This document shows positions 1-9,554 of a stretch of 64,000 bases of DNA, in pieces (the stretch's first letter is position 1; every line of letters starts with the position of its first letter). This DNA is from a virus: positions 5,949 to 69,948 of IMG/VR virus record IMGVR_UViG_3300042049_000003, one strand, 5' to 3'. Under the pieces are notes generated by a model that did no database searches, had not been told where the DNA came from, and saw only the letters and a list, made by a program, of their open reading frames with translations. A program made the position numbers and the translations under genes.

Positions 1-2
1 GA

Positions 3-1157
3 GAGGTTAATGCTTTAAAGAACTGGATTTTAAATTGTGGTGCAATTGGCTTTGGTGAGAGTTCTTTTGAAAGCCTAGTCCGTAAAATGGTAAGAGATAG
101 TTTAACTCTTGATCAAACCTGTGTAGAGGTAGTCTCTAGGAGAAATGGAAAACCTGCTTATTTAGTTGCTGTAGACTCTTCAACTATCGTTAAGTTGAGA
201 GCTTCTTTAAATTATTTCCTTCCTACTGACCCAGAGACTCCTTATTACGCTCAAGTTATTGATGATAAAATTGTCGCCTCTTATGGGAGACAAGATATGA
301 TATTCGGAGTGAGGAACGGTCAAACAGACTTGGAATTTTTTGGGTATGGTAAACCAGAATTAGAGAGTTTGATTCGTGTTGTCACCACTATAATTAACAC
401 AGAGAGATTTAACGCAAGCCAATTATCACAAGGTGGTACATCAAAGGGTATTCTAATCGTTAAAGGTGATGTAGACCCAGAATCCTTTGCCATCTTTAAG
501 AAAGAATTCAGGGCAATCCTCAAGAATGCTTCAAAGTCTTGGGTTCCACCTATTTTGAAAGTTTCTAGTGATAGTAGTGTAGATTGGAAGACTTTAGATA
601 GGTCGAACAGAGATATGGAATATGCACAACTGTTTGATTTCCTTATTAAACAATCTTGTGGTGCATATCAGATAGATCCTTCTGAAATTAACTGGACGAT
701 CGGGGCTACTGGAAGTACAACAACATTTGAATCTAAGAGTAATGGGAAAGTAGCAGCATCAAAAGAGAAGGGTTTGAAACCTTTATTAGCATTTATCGCA
801 GGTCTTATTAATATAAATGTTATAGACAGATTGAACCCTAATTATAAGTTAGTTTTCACCCCTGTATCAGACAACATTCATGAGACGAGTGTTGTTCGTG
901 ACAGACAAGTAAGAAGTTACAAGACTATAAACGAAGTCAGATCAGAAGTAGGGTTACCTTCTTTAGGGAAGAAGGGAGACATTATCCTCGACCCTCAATT
1001 CATGTCTGCAGAAGAAACCTCTATTGAAGACGGTGGGCGTGTAAGAGCATCAGACCCTTCTAACCCTTCTAAAACACTTCCGAAAGACCCTTCTAAACCT
1101 CCAAATAGAACGAGACCTAACTCTGATACAGCTAACAGAGAGAAAGAAGGTTCATAA
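3..1157 (+). CDS. Phage portal protein, SPO1/Twort-like (5' end outside window)
   Basis: The frame is open from base 3 (EVNALKNW...FESLVRKMVRDSLTLDQ). Motifs RKMVRDSLTLDQ, ASKSWVPPIL and SNRDMEYAQLFDFLIK resemble SPO1-like portals. It lies upstream of the protease and MCP. Confidence 0.9.
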   Translation, partial: EVNALKNWILNCGAIGFGESSFESLVRKMVRDSLTLDQTCVEVVSRRNGKPAYLVAVDSSTIVKLRASLNYFLPTDPETPYYAQVIDDKIVASYGRQDMIFGVRNGQTDLEFFGYGKPELESLIRVVTTIINTERFNASQLSQGGTSKGILIVKGDVDPESFAIFKKEFRAILKNASKSWVPPILKVSSDSSVDWKTLDRSNRDMEYAQLFDFLIKQSCGAYQIDPSEINWTIGATGSTTTFESKSNGKVAASKEKGLKPLLAFIAGLININVIDRLNPNYKLVFTPVSDNIHETSVVRDRQVRSYKTINEVRSEVGLPSLGKKGDIILDPQFMSAEETSIEDGGRVRASDPSNPSKTLPKDPSKPPNRTRPNSDTANREKEGS

Positions 1158-1616
1158 ATGAGTGATAAGATAGAGAGAAAAGCTTATGATAAGGACAGTA
1201 TGGGTTATGGGAAGCACGAGTACCATAATATTGATCCTAGTACAATTAATTGTGCAGATTTCGCCAAAGTTCTTAATGATGAAGAAGTGTTTTTTGGTGA
1301 CGTAAGGCAGTACAATACAGCCTACAACGAGAAGAATAAAAATAATACAGTTGATCTAGACTGGTTAAATAGGAGAGACACCATTTTCTCTACAAATGCA
1401 GAAGGGTTAGAGGGTAGATATAGGGTTGTAGAGTCACTTTTATCCAGAGAAGGGACTATAGAGTGTAGATGTGTTAAGGTAGACTGTTCAGACTCAGAGC
1501 AGGAAGTCCTCAGTTTAAATTGTGTCGCTTTGGGGTGTGTTGCAGATTCTTATAACCTATATAAAGACGTTGAGACTTCTCTTATAGAGAAGGGCATTGT
1601 AGGCGGCAACATTTGA
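1158..1616 (+). CDS. Hypothetical protein between portal and prohead protease
   Basis: 152-aa ORF coupled to the portal stop (TAAATG); no recognisable motif. Confidence 0.7.
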   Translation: MSDKIERKAYDKDSMGYGKHEYHNIDPSTINCADFAKVLNDEEVFFGDVRQYNTAYNEKNKNNTVDLDWLNRRDTIFSTNAEGLEGRYRVVESLLSREGTIECRCVKVDCSDSEQEVLSLNCVALGCVADSYNLYKDVETSLIEKGIVGGNI

Positions 1617-1622
1617 TACTGT

Positions 1623-1678
1623 TTGTAAAACATTGTTTGTCGTGTATACTTGAATCCCTAAAGTCTTCTATAAATACA
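1623..1678 (+). promoter_or_regulatory. Candidate promoter region upstream of protease (TTGTAA-16bp-TATACT, plus TATAAATACA)
   Basis: TTGTAA at 1623-1628, TATACT at 1645-1650 and TATAAATA at 1669-1676, all in the intergenic gap. Confidence 0.35.
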
Positions 1679-1691
1679 TAGGAAGTGTTTA

Positions 1692-2468
1692 ATGAAAATT
1701 CTTCAAGATTCAGAAGTTGATGAAAAAGGTACCCACACATTATTTAACGGAAGTGTGTGCGCACTGAAAGCTGTCAATAGTGATGAAGAGTCAGAAGATG
1801 ACGAAAAAAATATTTTTAAGATCGCTGCAATAGCCTCTGATGAGGTTAAGGATACAGATGGAGATATTATCCTAAGAGATTCTCTGGACATTTCCTACTT
1901 ATCCTCGAAAGGGTATATAAATTGGAATCATGGACATGAGTTGAAAGATGTTCTTGGTTATGTCAATAAAGCTGAGATATTAGAAGGTGATAGAATTGAC
2001 TGGGTTAAGTCTAATGTATTCCCTTCTGTTTCAGAGTCGTCCTCTCTTTATATAGAAGGATCAATTCTTAAGGTAGGTTTAAGTCCTAACAACATGCTCG
2101 TTGAGTCGATTCTAACGGCAGTACCTAAAAAAGATGCAGGAAAAGGTTTAGGAGTTTCTATTGAAGGTCTTTTTGTTAGAGATGAAGATTCAAATATAAT
2201 AAAAGCAAGAATTTTAGGTGTAGCTCTTACAATGATGCCTGCTAATCCTAGAACCTTAGTGTCATTAATGAAGAGCATTTCATCCTATAATAAAGCAGAT
2301 AAGGATTTGACTTCTAACTTACCTATTGAAGTTATGGAGGATATAACTTATAATCTTAAATCAGAAAAAGGTATTGACGACTTAGCTCTACGAATTCTTA
2401 GATTAAGACCTAAGTGGAGTCTAAAAATGGCAAGAAGTTTAGTTCACCAATTGTATACAGGAGTTTGA
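1692..2468 (+). CDS. Prohead (capsid maturation) protease
   Basis: AIASDEVKDTDGDII...GYINWNHGH, GLGVSIEG and GVALTMMPANPRT motifs; position between portal and MCP. Confidence 0.85.
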   Translation: MKILQDSEVDEKGTHTLFNGSVCALKAVNSDEESEDDEKNIFKIAAIASDEVKDTDGDIILRDSLDISYLSSKGYINWNHGHELKDVLGYVNKAEILEGDRIDWVKSNVFPSVSESSSLYIEGSILKVGLSPNNMLVESILTAVPKKDAGKGLGVSIEGLFVRDEDSNIIKARILGVALTMMPANPRTLVSLMKSISSYNKADKDLTSNLPIEVMEDITYNLKSEKGIDDLALRILRLRPKWSLKMARSLVHQLYTGV

Positions 2469-2470
2469 CG

Positions 2471-3112
2471 ATGTCAAGTAAATCTACAAGTGTTAAAGCC
2501 TCGGAAGAGGAAGTTTTGAATGAGTCTCAGCTCCTGAAAGCTATCAAGGACTTAGAACCTCAGGACGAAAAGTCTGTTGAGAAAGAAACTAAGATGGAAG
2601 CTTTGGATATCCCATCACTTGATTTAAAATCAGTGTCAGATCTTCTAGAATCAGAAGAGGTAATTACAGAAAAGTCTCAAAAAGTAGATATGAAGTCTAA
2701 CTTTGAGAGTCTAAATAAAAATATTAAGGTTTTATCAGGCTTCGTAGAGAGTTCTGTACAGACTGTTACAAAAAGTTTAAACAGTTCAGCAGAGAGAGAT
2801 CTCTCTTTTCTAAAAGTCCTAGAAGGTTTTCAGAAAAGTATCGATGGTTTGACAAGCAAGATAGAGGCTTACGGAAATCAGCCTGTATTGAAGTCAGCTT
2901 TGGAAAGTGACCTCCTTCATAAACCTACGCAGAAACAAGGTCCTTCTGCTATTACGAGAGCTCAAGTTGATAACGCTCTAAAAAGTTTAGCTGCAAAAAC
3001 TCAGAATCTTGATGAGAAAACCGCGTATGCAGATGCGGCTTCCACTTTAAGTAGACGAGGAAATCTCTCACAAGAGATGACAAAAGCTATTAAAGATGAG
3101 TTAGGTGTCTAA
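2471..3112 (+). CDS. Probable capsid scaffold protein
   Basis: Acidic, helical and low-complexity protein between protease and MCP. ATG 2471 follows the protease stop; the ORF track extends it to 2414. Confidence 0.55.
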   Translation: MSSKSTSVKASEEEVLNESQLLKAIKDLEPQDEKSVEKETKMEALDIPSLDLKSVSDLLESEEVITEKSQKVDMKSNFESLNKNIKVLSGFVESSVQTVTKSLNSSAERDLSFLKVLEGFQKSIDGLTSKIEAYGNQPVLKSALESDLLHKPTQKQGPSAITRAQVDNALKSLAAKTQNLDEKTAYADAASTLSRRGNLSQEMTKAIKDELGV

Positions 3113-3165
3113 TTCAGAGTGGTTAAAACTGTTCTGGTAAGTTAAGTTTAGGAAGGATTTAGTAA

Positions 3166-4557
3166 ATGTCAAATATGTCAGGTTTAGGGTTGGGACCAGA
3201 AGATTTCGAAGTAGGGGATATTCAAGGAAGGTTCTCAGGAGATTATGAAGCTTTTCAGAAAGCTTTAAGTTTCTCATATAATGAACCAATTGGGGATACC
3301 ACTGATGCTCTGAGAGCTGAGAGTTTAGATGCTACTCTCAGAATTCTTACAGACAGTCTCTCGAGATACAGCCTTTATCATTCTGTACCTAAGGTACGTG
3401 TGACAGGTAACGTCCATGAATATGCTCTTCAGACAAGTGAAGGGGATTCCAATGATTCGACGTTTGTAAATTCAGGGGAACTTCCTTCTGTTCAAGATTC
3501 GCAGTTCTCTCGAAAATCCATCAACATCATGTATATGGGTTCTGTTCGAACGATTCATCATCAAGCTTTGGTCACGGGTTCTATCGACAATCTTATGAAT
3601 ATAGAGACTCGTAACGGTATGAATCATATGATTGCACGGTTAAACAACAATCTGTATACCATGGATTCAGATTGTATTGACGGTTCTTTTGATTCATTCA
3701 CTAAACAGATTGAAGATGGAAACGGTCATGTTATCGATCTTCTAGGAGAACCACTGAATAAGCGTACTATTGAGGAAGCTTCTTTTCTTTCGTCTGATAA
3801 TAACGGGAATGCAACTGAGTTTTTCACTGCTCAGAAAGTGATTTCGGATTTCTCGAACGTTTATGATAGTTCGCAGAGGTGGAATGTTCCTAATACAGCT
3901 ACCTATGCAGGTACCCCCATTTCTGGTATTAATACTACGAATGGCGGAGTTATGTTTAAGCCTGATGTTTCTATCAAAACAGGTCAAACTCCTCCGACAG
4001 CTGCATCGTCTTCGCACAGCCCTTCAACCCCTACTATCTCAGGAAACCCTGCTGTAGCGACATCCGCAGAGAGTAAGTTTTCTGCATCAGATGCTGGCGC
4101 TTATCGTTATGCTGTTTCTGGTTTGAACAAGTACGGTGAATCAGCGGCGGTTGTTGTAACAGCAGCTACTACTGTACAAGCAGGTAGACAAGTTACAGTC
4201 ACTATTGTAGATGGTGGTGGAACTAATCCAGCTACTTGTTACAAGATCTACCGTTCAGAGAAGGATGGTACGGATAGAACGTTTATCGGTTATACGCAGC
4301 CGAGAACGAGGTCAGGTAACTCGTTTGCAGCCAATACGGTATTTATTGATAGAAACATCTATCGTCCTAACACGTTCACAGGCTTACTCTTAGATCTATC
4401 TACACAGAGTTTGGCATATGCTGAACTTATGGCTATGGGAAGGTTTCCTTTAGCCCGTATTGCTCCTACGGTTAGTTGGATGCAATTAATGTACGGTACA
4501 CCTATTGTTTATGCCCCTAGACGTAATGTAATCATTAGGAATATTGGAAAAGCATAA
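3166..4557 (+). CDS. Major capsid protein, SPO1/Twort-like HK97 fold with inserted beta domain
   Basis: 463 aa with ALRAESLDATLRILT, YRYAVSGLNKYGES insertion, YKIYR and MQLMYGTPIVYAPRR motifs typical of Herelleviridae-like MCPs; RBS AGGAAGGA. Confidence 0.9.
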   Translation: MSNMSGLGLGPEDFEVGDIQGRFSGDYEAFQKALSFSYNEPIGDTTDALRAESLDATLRILTDSLSRYSLYHSVPKVRVTGNVHEYALQTSEGDSNDSTFVNSGELPSVQDSQFSRKSINIMYMGSVRTIHHQALVTGSIDNLMNIETRNGMNHMIARLNNNLYTMDSDCIDGSFDSFTKQIEDGNGHVIDLLGEPLNKRTIEEASFLSSDNNGNATEFFTAQKVISDFSNVYDSSQRWNVPNTATYAGTPISGINTTNGGVMFKPDVSIKTGQTPPTAASSSHSPSTPTISGNPAVATSAESKFSASDAGAYRYAVSGLNKYGESAAVVVTAATTVQAGRQVTVTIVDGGGTNPATCYKIYRSEKDGTDRTFIGYTQPRTRSGNSFAANTVFIDRNIYRPNTFTGLLLDLSTQSLAYAELMAMGRFPLARIAPTVSWMQLMYGTPIVYAPRRNVIIRNIGKA

Positions 4558-4570
4558 GAGAGGGTTATAA

Positions 4571-5005
4571 ATGGCTGTATCTCATATAACTATAAGAAGT
4601 GAGACTGTTAGTACAGAGTACGGTCCTATAGAGTTAGATTCAGAAGGTCGTGTAGTTGCTCTACATGACCTTCTGGTCGCCCCTAATAAAATTCTAGCTT
4701 TACCAGGTTTTATTGACACAGAAGTCTATACTGGTGGGGCAACAAAATCAGAGATTAGAAATAAAGATAAAGATCTTGCAGAAGAGAAATACAAAAGACT
4801 TATTTTGACCCTTGAGAGGGATTACCCTGATAATATTAATGTAGATGGGTACTTAGACCTCCCCTTTTTTAATGAACATGCTGTAGAGCAAGGTTTAGAA
4901 AAATTAAAAGGTTTAAAGAGGCAGAAACTTTCTGAGATTGCTCGATCCCAATCTGCTTTTCTTTTGAGAGAAGAGGATAATAGCGATGGCAAAACTATTC
5001 CTTAG
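4571..5005 (+). CDS. Conserved post-MCP protein (resembles the small gene after MCP in Twort/SPO1-like phages)
   Basis: The N-terminal TVSTEYGPIELDSEGRVVAL...LPGF pattern recalls that family; position immediately after MCP. Confidence 0.55.
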   Translation: MAVSHITIRSETVSTEYGPIELDSEGRVVALHDLLVAPNKILALPGFIDTEVYTGGATKSEIRNKDKDLAEEKYKRLILTLERDYPDNINVDGYLDLPFFNEHAVEQGLEKLKGLKRQKLSEIARSQSAFLLREEDNSDGKTIP

Positions 5006-5585
5006 ATCAGAGGTAAAAGATGTGTTAGGGATAACACATGCAGATACAAAAATAGATGTTGTTTTAGAGAGAGCAATTCTTCAAGTTTCCGCAGAAGCAG
5101 AAGCTCTTACAAAAAGAAATTTTACCTCAGGAACTATTCACGAGTATTTTAGATCTTTCCAGTATGATTCTCTAGAGACAGAGATGACAATCCTAAAACC
5201 TAAGTGCTACCCTATTCAAACGGTAGACTCGGTTAGAAAAGAAACAAAATTTAACGTCTTTGAAACTATTGAACGTAGTTCGAATCTTTTTACATGGGAT
5301 GGGGATCGAGGATATATCTATCTCGCTCCAGAGGCTTGTATACGTTGCACAGATAATCCTAAAGGTTTGTATGTTACATACCAAGGTGGTTACGGTGTTA
5401 ACAGCACAGCCCCTGTAAATGCCAATGAGCCTACAATAGAACGGAATGTCACACAAACCCCTAATGGTTTAAGACAGATATTAATTCATAAGGTAGCTAA
5501 CGACTTTCAAAAGTATGCTAAGGTAAAACCTTTTACGGAGGAAGAGAAGATTCATCTTCTACCGTGGAAGCGTATTATAGTATAA
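4986..5585 (+). CDS. Head-tail connector/adaptor
   Basis: EVKDVLGI...AEALTKRNF, YPIQTVDSV and YVTYQGGY pattern of gp6/gp15-like adaptors; position. Confidence 0.65.
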   Translation: MAKLFLRSEVKDVLGITHADTKIDVVLERAILQVSAEAEALTKRNFTSGTIHEYFRSFQYDSLETEMTILKPKCYPIQTVDSVRKETKFNVFETIERSSNLFTWDGDRGYIYLAPEACIRCTDNPKGLYVTYQGGYGVNSTAPVNANEPTIERNVTQTPNGLRQILIHKVANDFQKYAKVKPFTEEEKIHLLPWKRIIV

Positions 5586-5599
5586 GGAGGTTATAGATT

Positions 5600-6178
5600 G
5601 TGCCTATTCATCTAAATGCAGTCGAAGGAGACACTTGGCAGAACAGTTATTTCTCTCTTACTACTATTAGAACAAAATTAGCATTAGAAAGAGGGACAGA
5701 TAAGTGGGATGCACTTACTGATGAGAAAAAGAAAGAGTTAGCTATTCAAACAACAAGTTTCATGGATACAAGATTTCGGTTTTATGGAAATAAGGTTAAT
5801 GCTGGACAAGGGTTAAGAGGGTTTCCTACTACAAACAGAATATCTGAAAGTGAGTCTGGTTTTAGTTTCTTTGAAAGAGCTTATATTTGGCTAGTCTCTA
5901 CAGTCTTAGAAGCCCCTTCCCTATTAAACTCTATGGGTGTAGAGGTTGGTAGTGGTTCAGCTGAAAAAGGTATTAAAATTTGGGAAACTACTGAACTGAA
6001 GATAGAGTATGAAGATCCTCCAGATACAGGGGTTCCTGCACCTGTAAATGATAGTCAGAATGTTTTCTCTTTTACTTTGAAAGAATTAGAAGTCCTTCTT
6101 GCAGAGATAGCGGAACCGTTGTCAAAATCCTCATTTGACGATAAGACAGTTCCGTTTAAGTATAGTAGAGGGTTTTAA
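5600..6178 (+). CDS. DnaT-like domain head completion protein
   Basis: NSYFSL...WDALTDEKKKEL...TSFMDTRFRFYGNK...QGL pattern of the phage DnaT-like neck family. Confidence 0.65.
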   Translation: MPIHLNAVEGDTWQNSYFSLTTIRTKLALERGTDKWDALTDEKKKELAIQTTSFMDTRFRFYGNKVNAGQGLRGFPTTNRISESESGFSFFERAYIWLVSTVLEAPSLLNSMGVEVGSGSAEKGIKIWETTELKIEYEDPPDTGVPAPVNDSQNVFSFTLKELEVLLAEIAEPLSKSSFDDKTVPFKYSRGF

Positions 6179-6540
6179 TGACTTTAAAGGATGACATTAA
6201 TTTAAGTACACGGAAACTATTTGTAGAGACTTTACAATTACAAACAGGAGTAAGTTATCTTGAGAATTCTGTAGGAGAGTATAACCCAGCTACAGCAACT
6301 GTAGACACTACCGTTACTACTCATAGCTTGTCTGGTTTTTTAACGAATGTAAAAGTTGTAGATTCTCTTGCTACTAGATCTTCCCCAAAGACTAAAGTTT
6401 TACAAGTTGAGAAGAGAACTGTTACTTTCACACCGAAGGTGAGTGATTTTATAAAGATAGGTTCAGAGACTTGGGAGATTATAGAAGTAATTTCTGAGAT
6501 GACAGATTCGATTACAACTTTCCATATAATGTTGAGATAA
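6178..6540 (+). CDS. Head closure/head-tail joining protein
   Basis: 120 aa with GEYNPAT and FTPKVSDFIKIGSETWEII; position in the neck cluster. Confidence 0.6.
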   Translation: MTLKDDINLSTRKLFVETLQLQTGVSYLENSVGEYNPATATVDTTVTTHSLSGFLTNVKVVDSLATRSSPKTKVLQVEKRTVTFTPKVSDFIKIGSETWEIIEVISEMTDSITTFHIMLR

Positions 6541-6950
6541 TGGTTGCCACTAAAAAAGAATTTCTTTTAGATATGACTACTTGGGTAGACTCTTTAGAAG
6601 ATGATGCAGAGAAGATTATTGTGAAATTCTGCAAGAGGTTAAGATATCGATTAGCTGTTTTAACCCCTGTAGACACTGGAAGAGCTGCGTCGTCGTGGAA
6701 TTTGTCGGTAGGTGATATTAATCCATACAGCTATCCAGAAGGTTACTATAACCATTTGGATTATCCTAATCTAGGGAAAGTTACTGTTGGAGGTTTTAAG
6801 ATAGGAAAACCTCTTTATATCTCTAACAACATCGTTTATATTACATCTTTAAATAAAGGGTTTAGTAGGCACCAACCACAACCTTTCTACATAGAACGAG
6901 AGGTATTTTTAAATGCTAGAACTTACTTACGTGAAGTAGTTAGAGGTTAA
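6540..6950 (+). CDS. HK97 gp10-like neck/tail completion protein
   Basis: TPVDTGRAASSW and YISNNIVYITSLNKGFS motifs. Confidence 0.8.
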   Translation: MVATKKEFLLDMTTWVDSLEDDAEKIIVKFCKRLRYRLAVLTPVDTGRAASSWNLSVGDINPYSYPEGYYNHLDYPNLGKVTVGGFKIGKPLYISNNIVYITSLNKGFSRHQPQPFYIEREVFLNARTYLREVVRG

Positions 6951-6951
6951 A

Positions 6952-7365
6952 ATGTCATTCCAAGACTGTAGGATCTGTCTAGAGACAAAGTTTAAGACTG
7001 ATTGGGGTTCTAGAAGTAAGGTTGTGTATGAAAACCAACATATAGAGGATCTTTCTTCTGAAACTTCGTTTGTAGAGTTTTTTGTTTTAGAGGGTGACGG
7101 CACAATTGAAACAATGTCCATTCCCCATCTGGTTTCATTCGAAGGCTTAATTATTTTAATTATTAACGTGAAAAGTGGTCAAGGTCTTGGCTCATCTTCT
7201 TCCTACATAGATGAATTTTCAAATATATTTAATTTTAAGCAACTAGAGTTTAGAAACAGTGGTATAATAAACTGTCAAGTAACATCTAGTGAGGTTGTAG
7301 GAGAGTCTAAGGGTTGGTACAGGTTAAAAGCTAGATGCACATACACTAGATTCCTCACCGAATAA
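6952..7365 (+). CDS. Tail terminator protein
   Basis: 137 aa directly before the tail tube gene; size and position. Confidence 0.6.
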   Translation: MSFQDCRICLETKFKTDWGSRSKVVYENQHIEDLSSETSFVEFFVLEGDGTIETMSIPHLVSFEGLIILIINVKSGQGLGSSSSYIDEFSNIFNFKQLEFRNSGIINCQVTSSEVVGESKGWYRLKARCTYTRFLTE

Positions 7366-7381
7366 GTACAAGGAGATTTTT

Positions 7382-8812
7382 ATGGCTACCGCTGATACAA
7401 ACAACGTCGCAACTTATTTCTTGGTTGAGGATGAATGGGGAACTGATTTAGAGACTATTGCCGCAGAAAAACGTGGTAAGATGTACGGAGCAGGGATTTC
7501 TTCATCTACTCTTTCTATGGATAAAGAGACAGTATCTTCAGACGTTCTGTCTTCTGATAGAATGAGAGACAATGATTCTGTAGTAGGTATAAGTTGTAGT
7601 GGGGATCTTGGATTTCAACTTTCTTCTTATGACTGGGACATCCCACTAGCTCACGCACTAGCTTCCGAAGCTTCATATATCTTCAGCAAAACCTATACTG
7701 GTACGTCTGTAACGACTACAAAGGCAAACAACAGGTTCACAATATCTTCAGGAGGTACTGTAGGTCTTACAGTAGGTGCAGAGGTTTATATCTCAGGTCT
7801 TACAGCGCATGCTGCTAATGTAGGTCGTTTTAAGATTACAGCTGTTACGGCAAACTCCTTTACTGTCTCAGGGAATTCTTTGGAGAATGAGACTTCTGTA
7901 GCTGCAACCAATGTCATTGTAAGGACAGATAGAGTAAGACCAGGTGATTTAGTTGTAGCCTCTTCAACTACTATCACAAGCACTTCTTTAGACTTCACCT
8001 CTTTAGGGTTAGAAGTCGGTCAGTGGTTTACTATGGGAGGTCTTTCTGATGCAGAAAACGTTGGTAAGAGGTTCAGAATCGCTTCTATTACAGCAAACAC
8101 CATAACTATTAATTCTGGAACGTTAAAAACAGCATCAGGTCAATCTTCTACAGGGTACCTTATAGCTAAACGTATTAAGAATGGTGTTAAGAAGACATCA
8201 ATCCTTGTCCAATTCCATCATACAGACGTAGAGACCTTCTCAACCTATAGTGGTTTGAGAACTGGAGGGGTTAAGTTAAATTTTGAGGCTAAGAAAGTTA
8301 TCACAGGTACTTTCTCCTATATGGGTAAGAAACCAGGTGCTAGTACTTCATCAATTTCCCCTTTATTAATACCTGCAGAAGTGACAGAACCTTTAACAGC
8401 TTCCAATAATATCGGGTCGATTATAGAGGGTGGAACTGTTATCTCTACAGGAATCAAGACGATTGATCTTGATGTAAACAATTATTTAAGATCTAAGCCA
8501 AGTGTTGGAACTCAATACCCTATTGATATTGGTTATGGGTATTGTGAATGTACCGGGACATTAGAAGCATATTTTTCTGATTTAAGATTACTATCAAAGG
8601 TTTTGAATCACACTGAAACTTCTATCGAGTATGGTTCTACAGATGCAAAAGGCAACATGATTCAATTTTCTCTCTTGCGTGTTGTTCTCACCAGTGGTAG
8701 TCCTTCTTTGGGTGGGGGAAATCAAGACTCAATGCTTAACATTAATTTTAAGTCTTTGAAGCATCCTGACTCTGGAAGTGTAATCATTATTGATAGTTTA
8801 AATGTTGAGTAA
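7382..8812 (+). CDS. Major tail tube protein with two inserted beta-rich repeats
   Basis: The tube core (SDRMRDNDSVVGISCSGDL; CTGTLEAYFSD) is interrupted by two repeats, VGAEVYISG...NVGRFKITAV and VGQWFTMGG...NVGKRFRIASI. No sheath gene is present. Confidence 0.8.
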   Translation: MATADTNNVATYFLVEDEWGTDLETIAAEKRGKMYGAGISSSTLSMDKETVSSDVLSSDRMRDNDSVVGISCSGDLGFQLSSYDWDIPLAHALASEASYIFSKTYTGTSVTTTKANNRFTISSGGTVGLTVGAEVYISGLTAHAANVGRFKITAVTANSFTVSGNSLENETSVAATNVIVRTDRVRPGDLVVASSTTITSTSLDFTSLGLEVGQWFTMGGLSDAENVGKRFRIASITANTITINSGTLKTASGQSSTGYLIAKRIKNGVKKTSILVQFHHTDVETFSTYSGLRTGGVKLNFEAKKVITGTFSYMGKKPGASTSSISPLLIPAEVTEPLTASNNIGSIIEGGTVISTGIKTIDLDVNNYLRSKPSVGTQYPIDIGYGYCECTGTLEAYFSDLRLLSKVLNHTETSIEYGSTDAKGNMIQFSLLRVVLTSGSPSLGGGNQDSMLNINFKSLKHPDSGSVIIIDSLNVE

Positions 8813-8824
8813 TAGGAGTTAAAG

Positions 8825-9241
8825 TTGGAATTAAATAGTATAAAAACAGATAAAATCAAAGAGACAGAAGGAGTTGTCCACCACATCGGGGGTGGCGGTT
8901 GGGTTAAAGTAGCTAGGATGAATAATTCTAAGTTTATGGTTCTTGTAAAAGAAGCGAAGAGAGAGATTGAACTTTCAAACTCGTTGATAACCCTCTCTCC
9001 TGAGGAAGACGCACGTAAATTCAACGTTATTTTAGCTAAGTCTATTCTTGTAGAGTGGGGTGGGATTGAGGAAGACGGTAAGGATCTTCCTTGCACTCTA
9101 GAAAATAAGATTAGAGTTCTGGAAGAAATTTCTGTGTTGAAGGAGTTAGTCCTTAAAATAGCTACAGAGTTTGAGAACTTTAAAATAAAGGCTGACGAAG
9201 TTGACTCGGGAAACTTAGAGCAAGGCTACGTTGGGACATAG
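8825..9241 (+). CDS. Tail assembly chaperone (G)
   Basis: TTG start after AGGAG; WVKVARMNN and ILVEWGGIEEDG motifs; between tube and TMP. Confidence 0.8.
   Translation: MELNSIKTDKIKETEGVVHHIGGGGWVKVARMNNSKFMVLVKEAKREIELSNSLITLSPEEDARKFNVILAKSILVEWGGIEEDGKDLPCTLENKIRVLEEISVLKELVLKIATEFENFKIKADEVDSGNLEQGYVGT
9208..9214 (+). other. -1 programmed frameshift slippery site G GGA AAC
   Basis: In-frame X XXY YYZ heptamer near the end of G. The -1 frame is open through to 9552 (SGKLRARLRWDIENAKDFEFLQDLALDTGVTP...). Confidence 0.85.
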
Positions 9242-9552
9242 AGAACGCCAAAGACTTTGAATTTTTACAAGATTTAGCTTTGGATACTGGAGTCACTCCA
9301 GAAATTTTAAAAAGATTACCTCAACTAACATTCTGTCAGAGGTATTACTACAAAATATTTGGAGAGTTGAATAGCTACAGACAAAGGCATTCAGAAGGTT
9401 TAAATCCAATATCTCTGACAGACATAGAGTCATACATCAGACTTTACAAAATCTCCTCTTTAGATGAAATTGAAAATATATTATACTTTATTAGAGTTCT
9501 AGATACAGAGTATCTAGAAGTTTCAAGAGAACTATCTTCTAAAAAGGTGTAG
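9212..9552 (+). CDS. Tail assembly chaperone T segment (GT fusion by -1 frameshift)
   Basis: ORF 9280..9552 lies in the -1 frame of G and is open back to the slippery site; LNPISLTDIESYIRLY motif. Confidence 0.8.
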
Positions 9553-9554
9553 AT

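Noticed and set aside
1051-1110. GACCCTTCTAA/CCCTTCTAA short repeats at the portal C-terminus
   Set aside because: Explained by a low-complexity Pro/Ser/Lys tail; no further structure.
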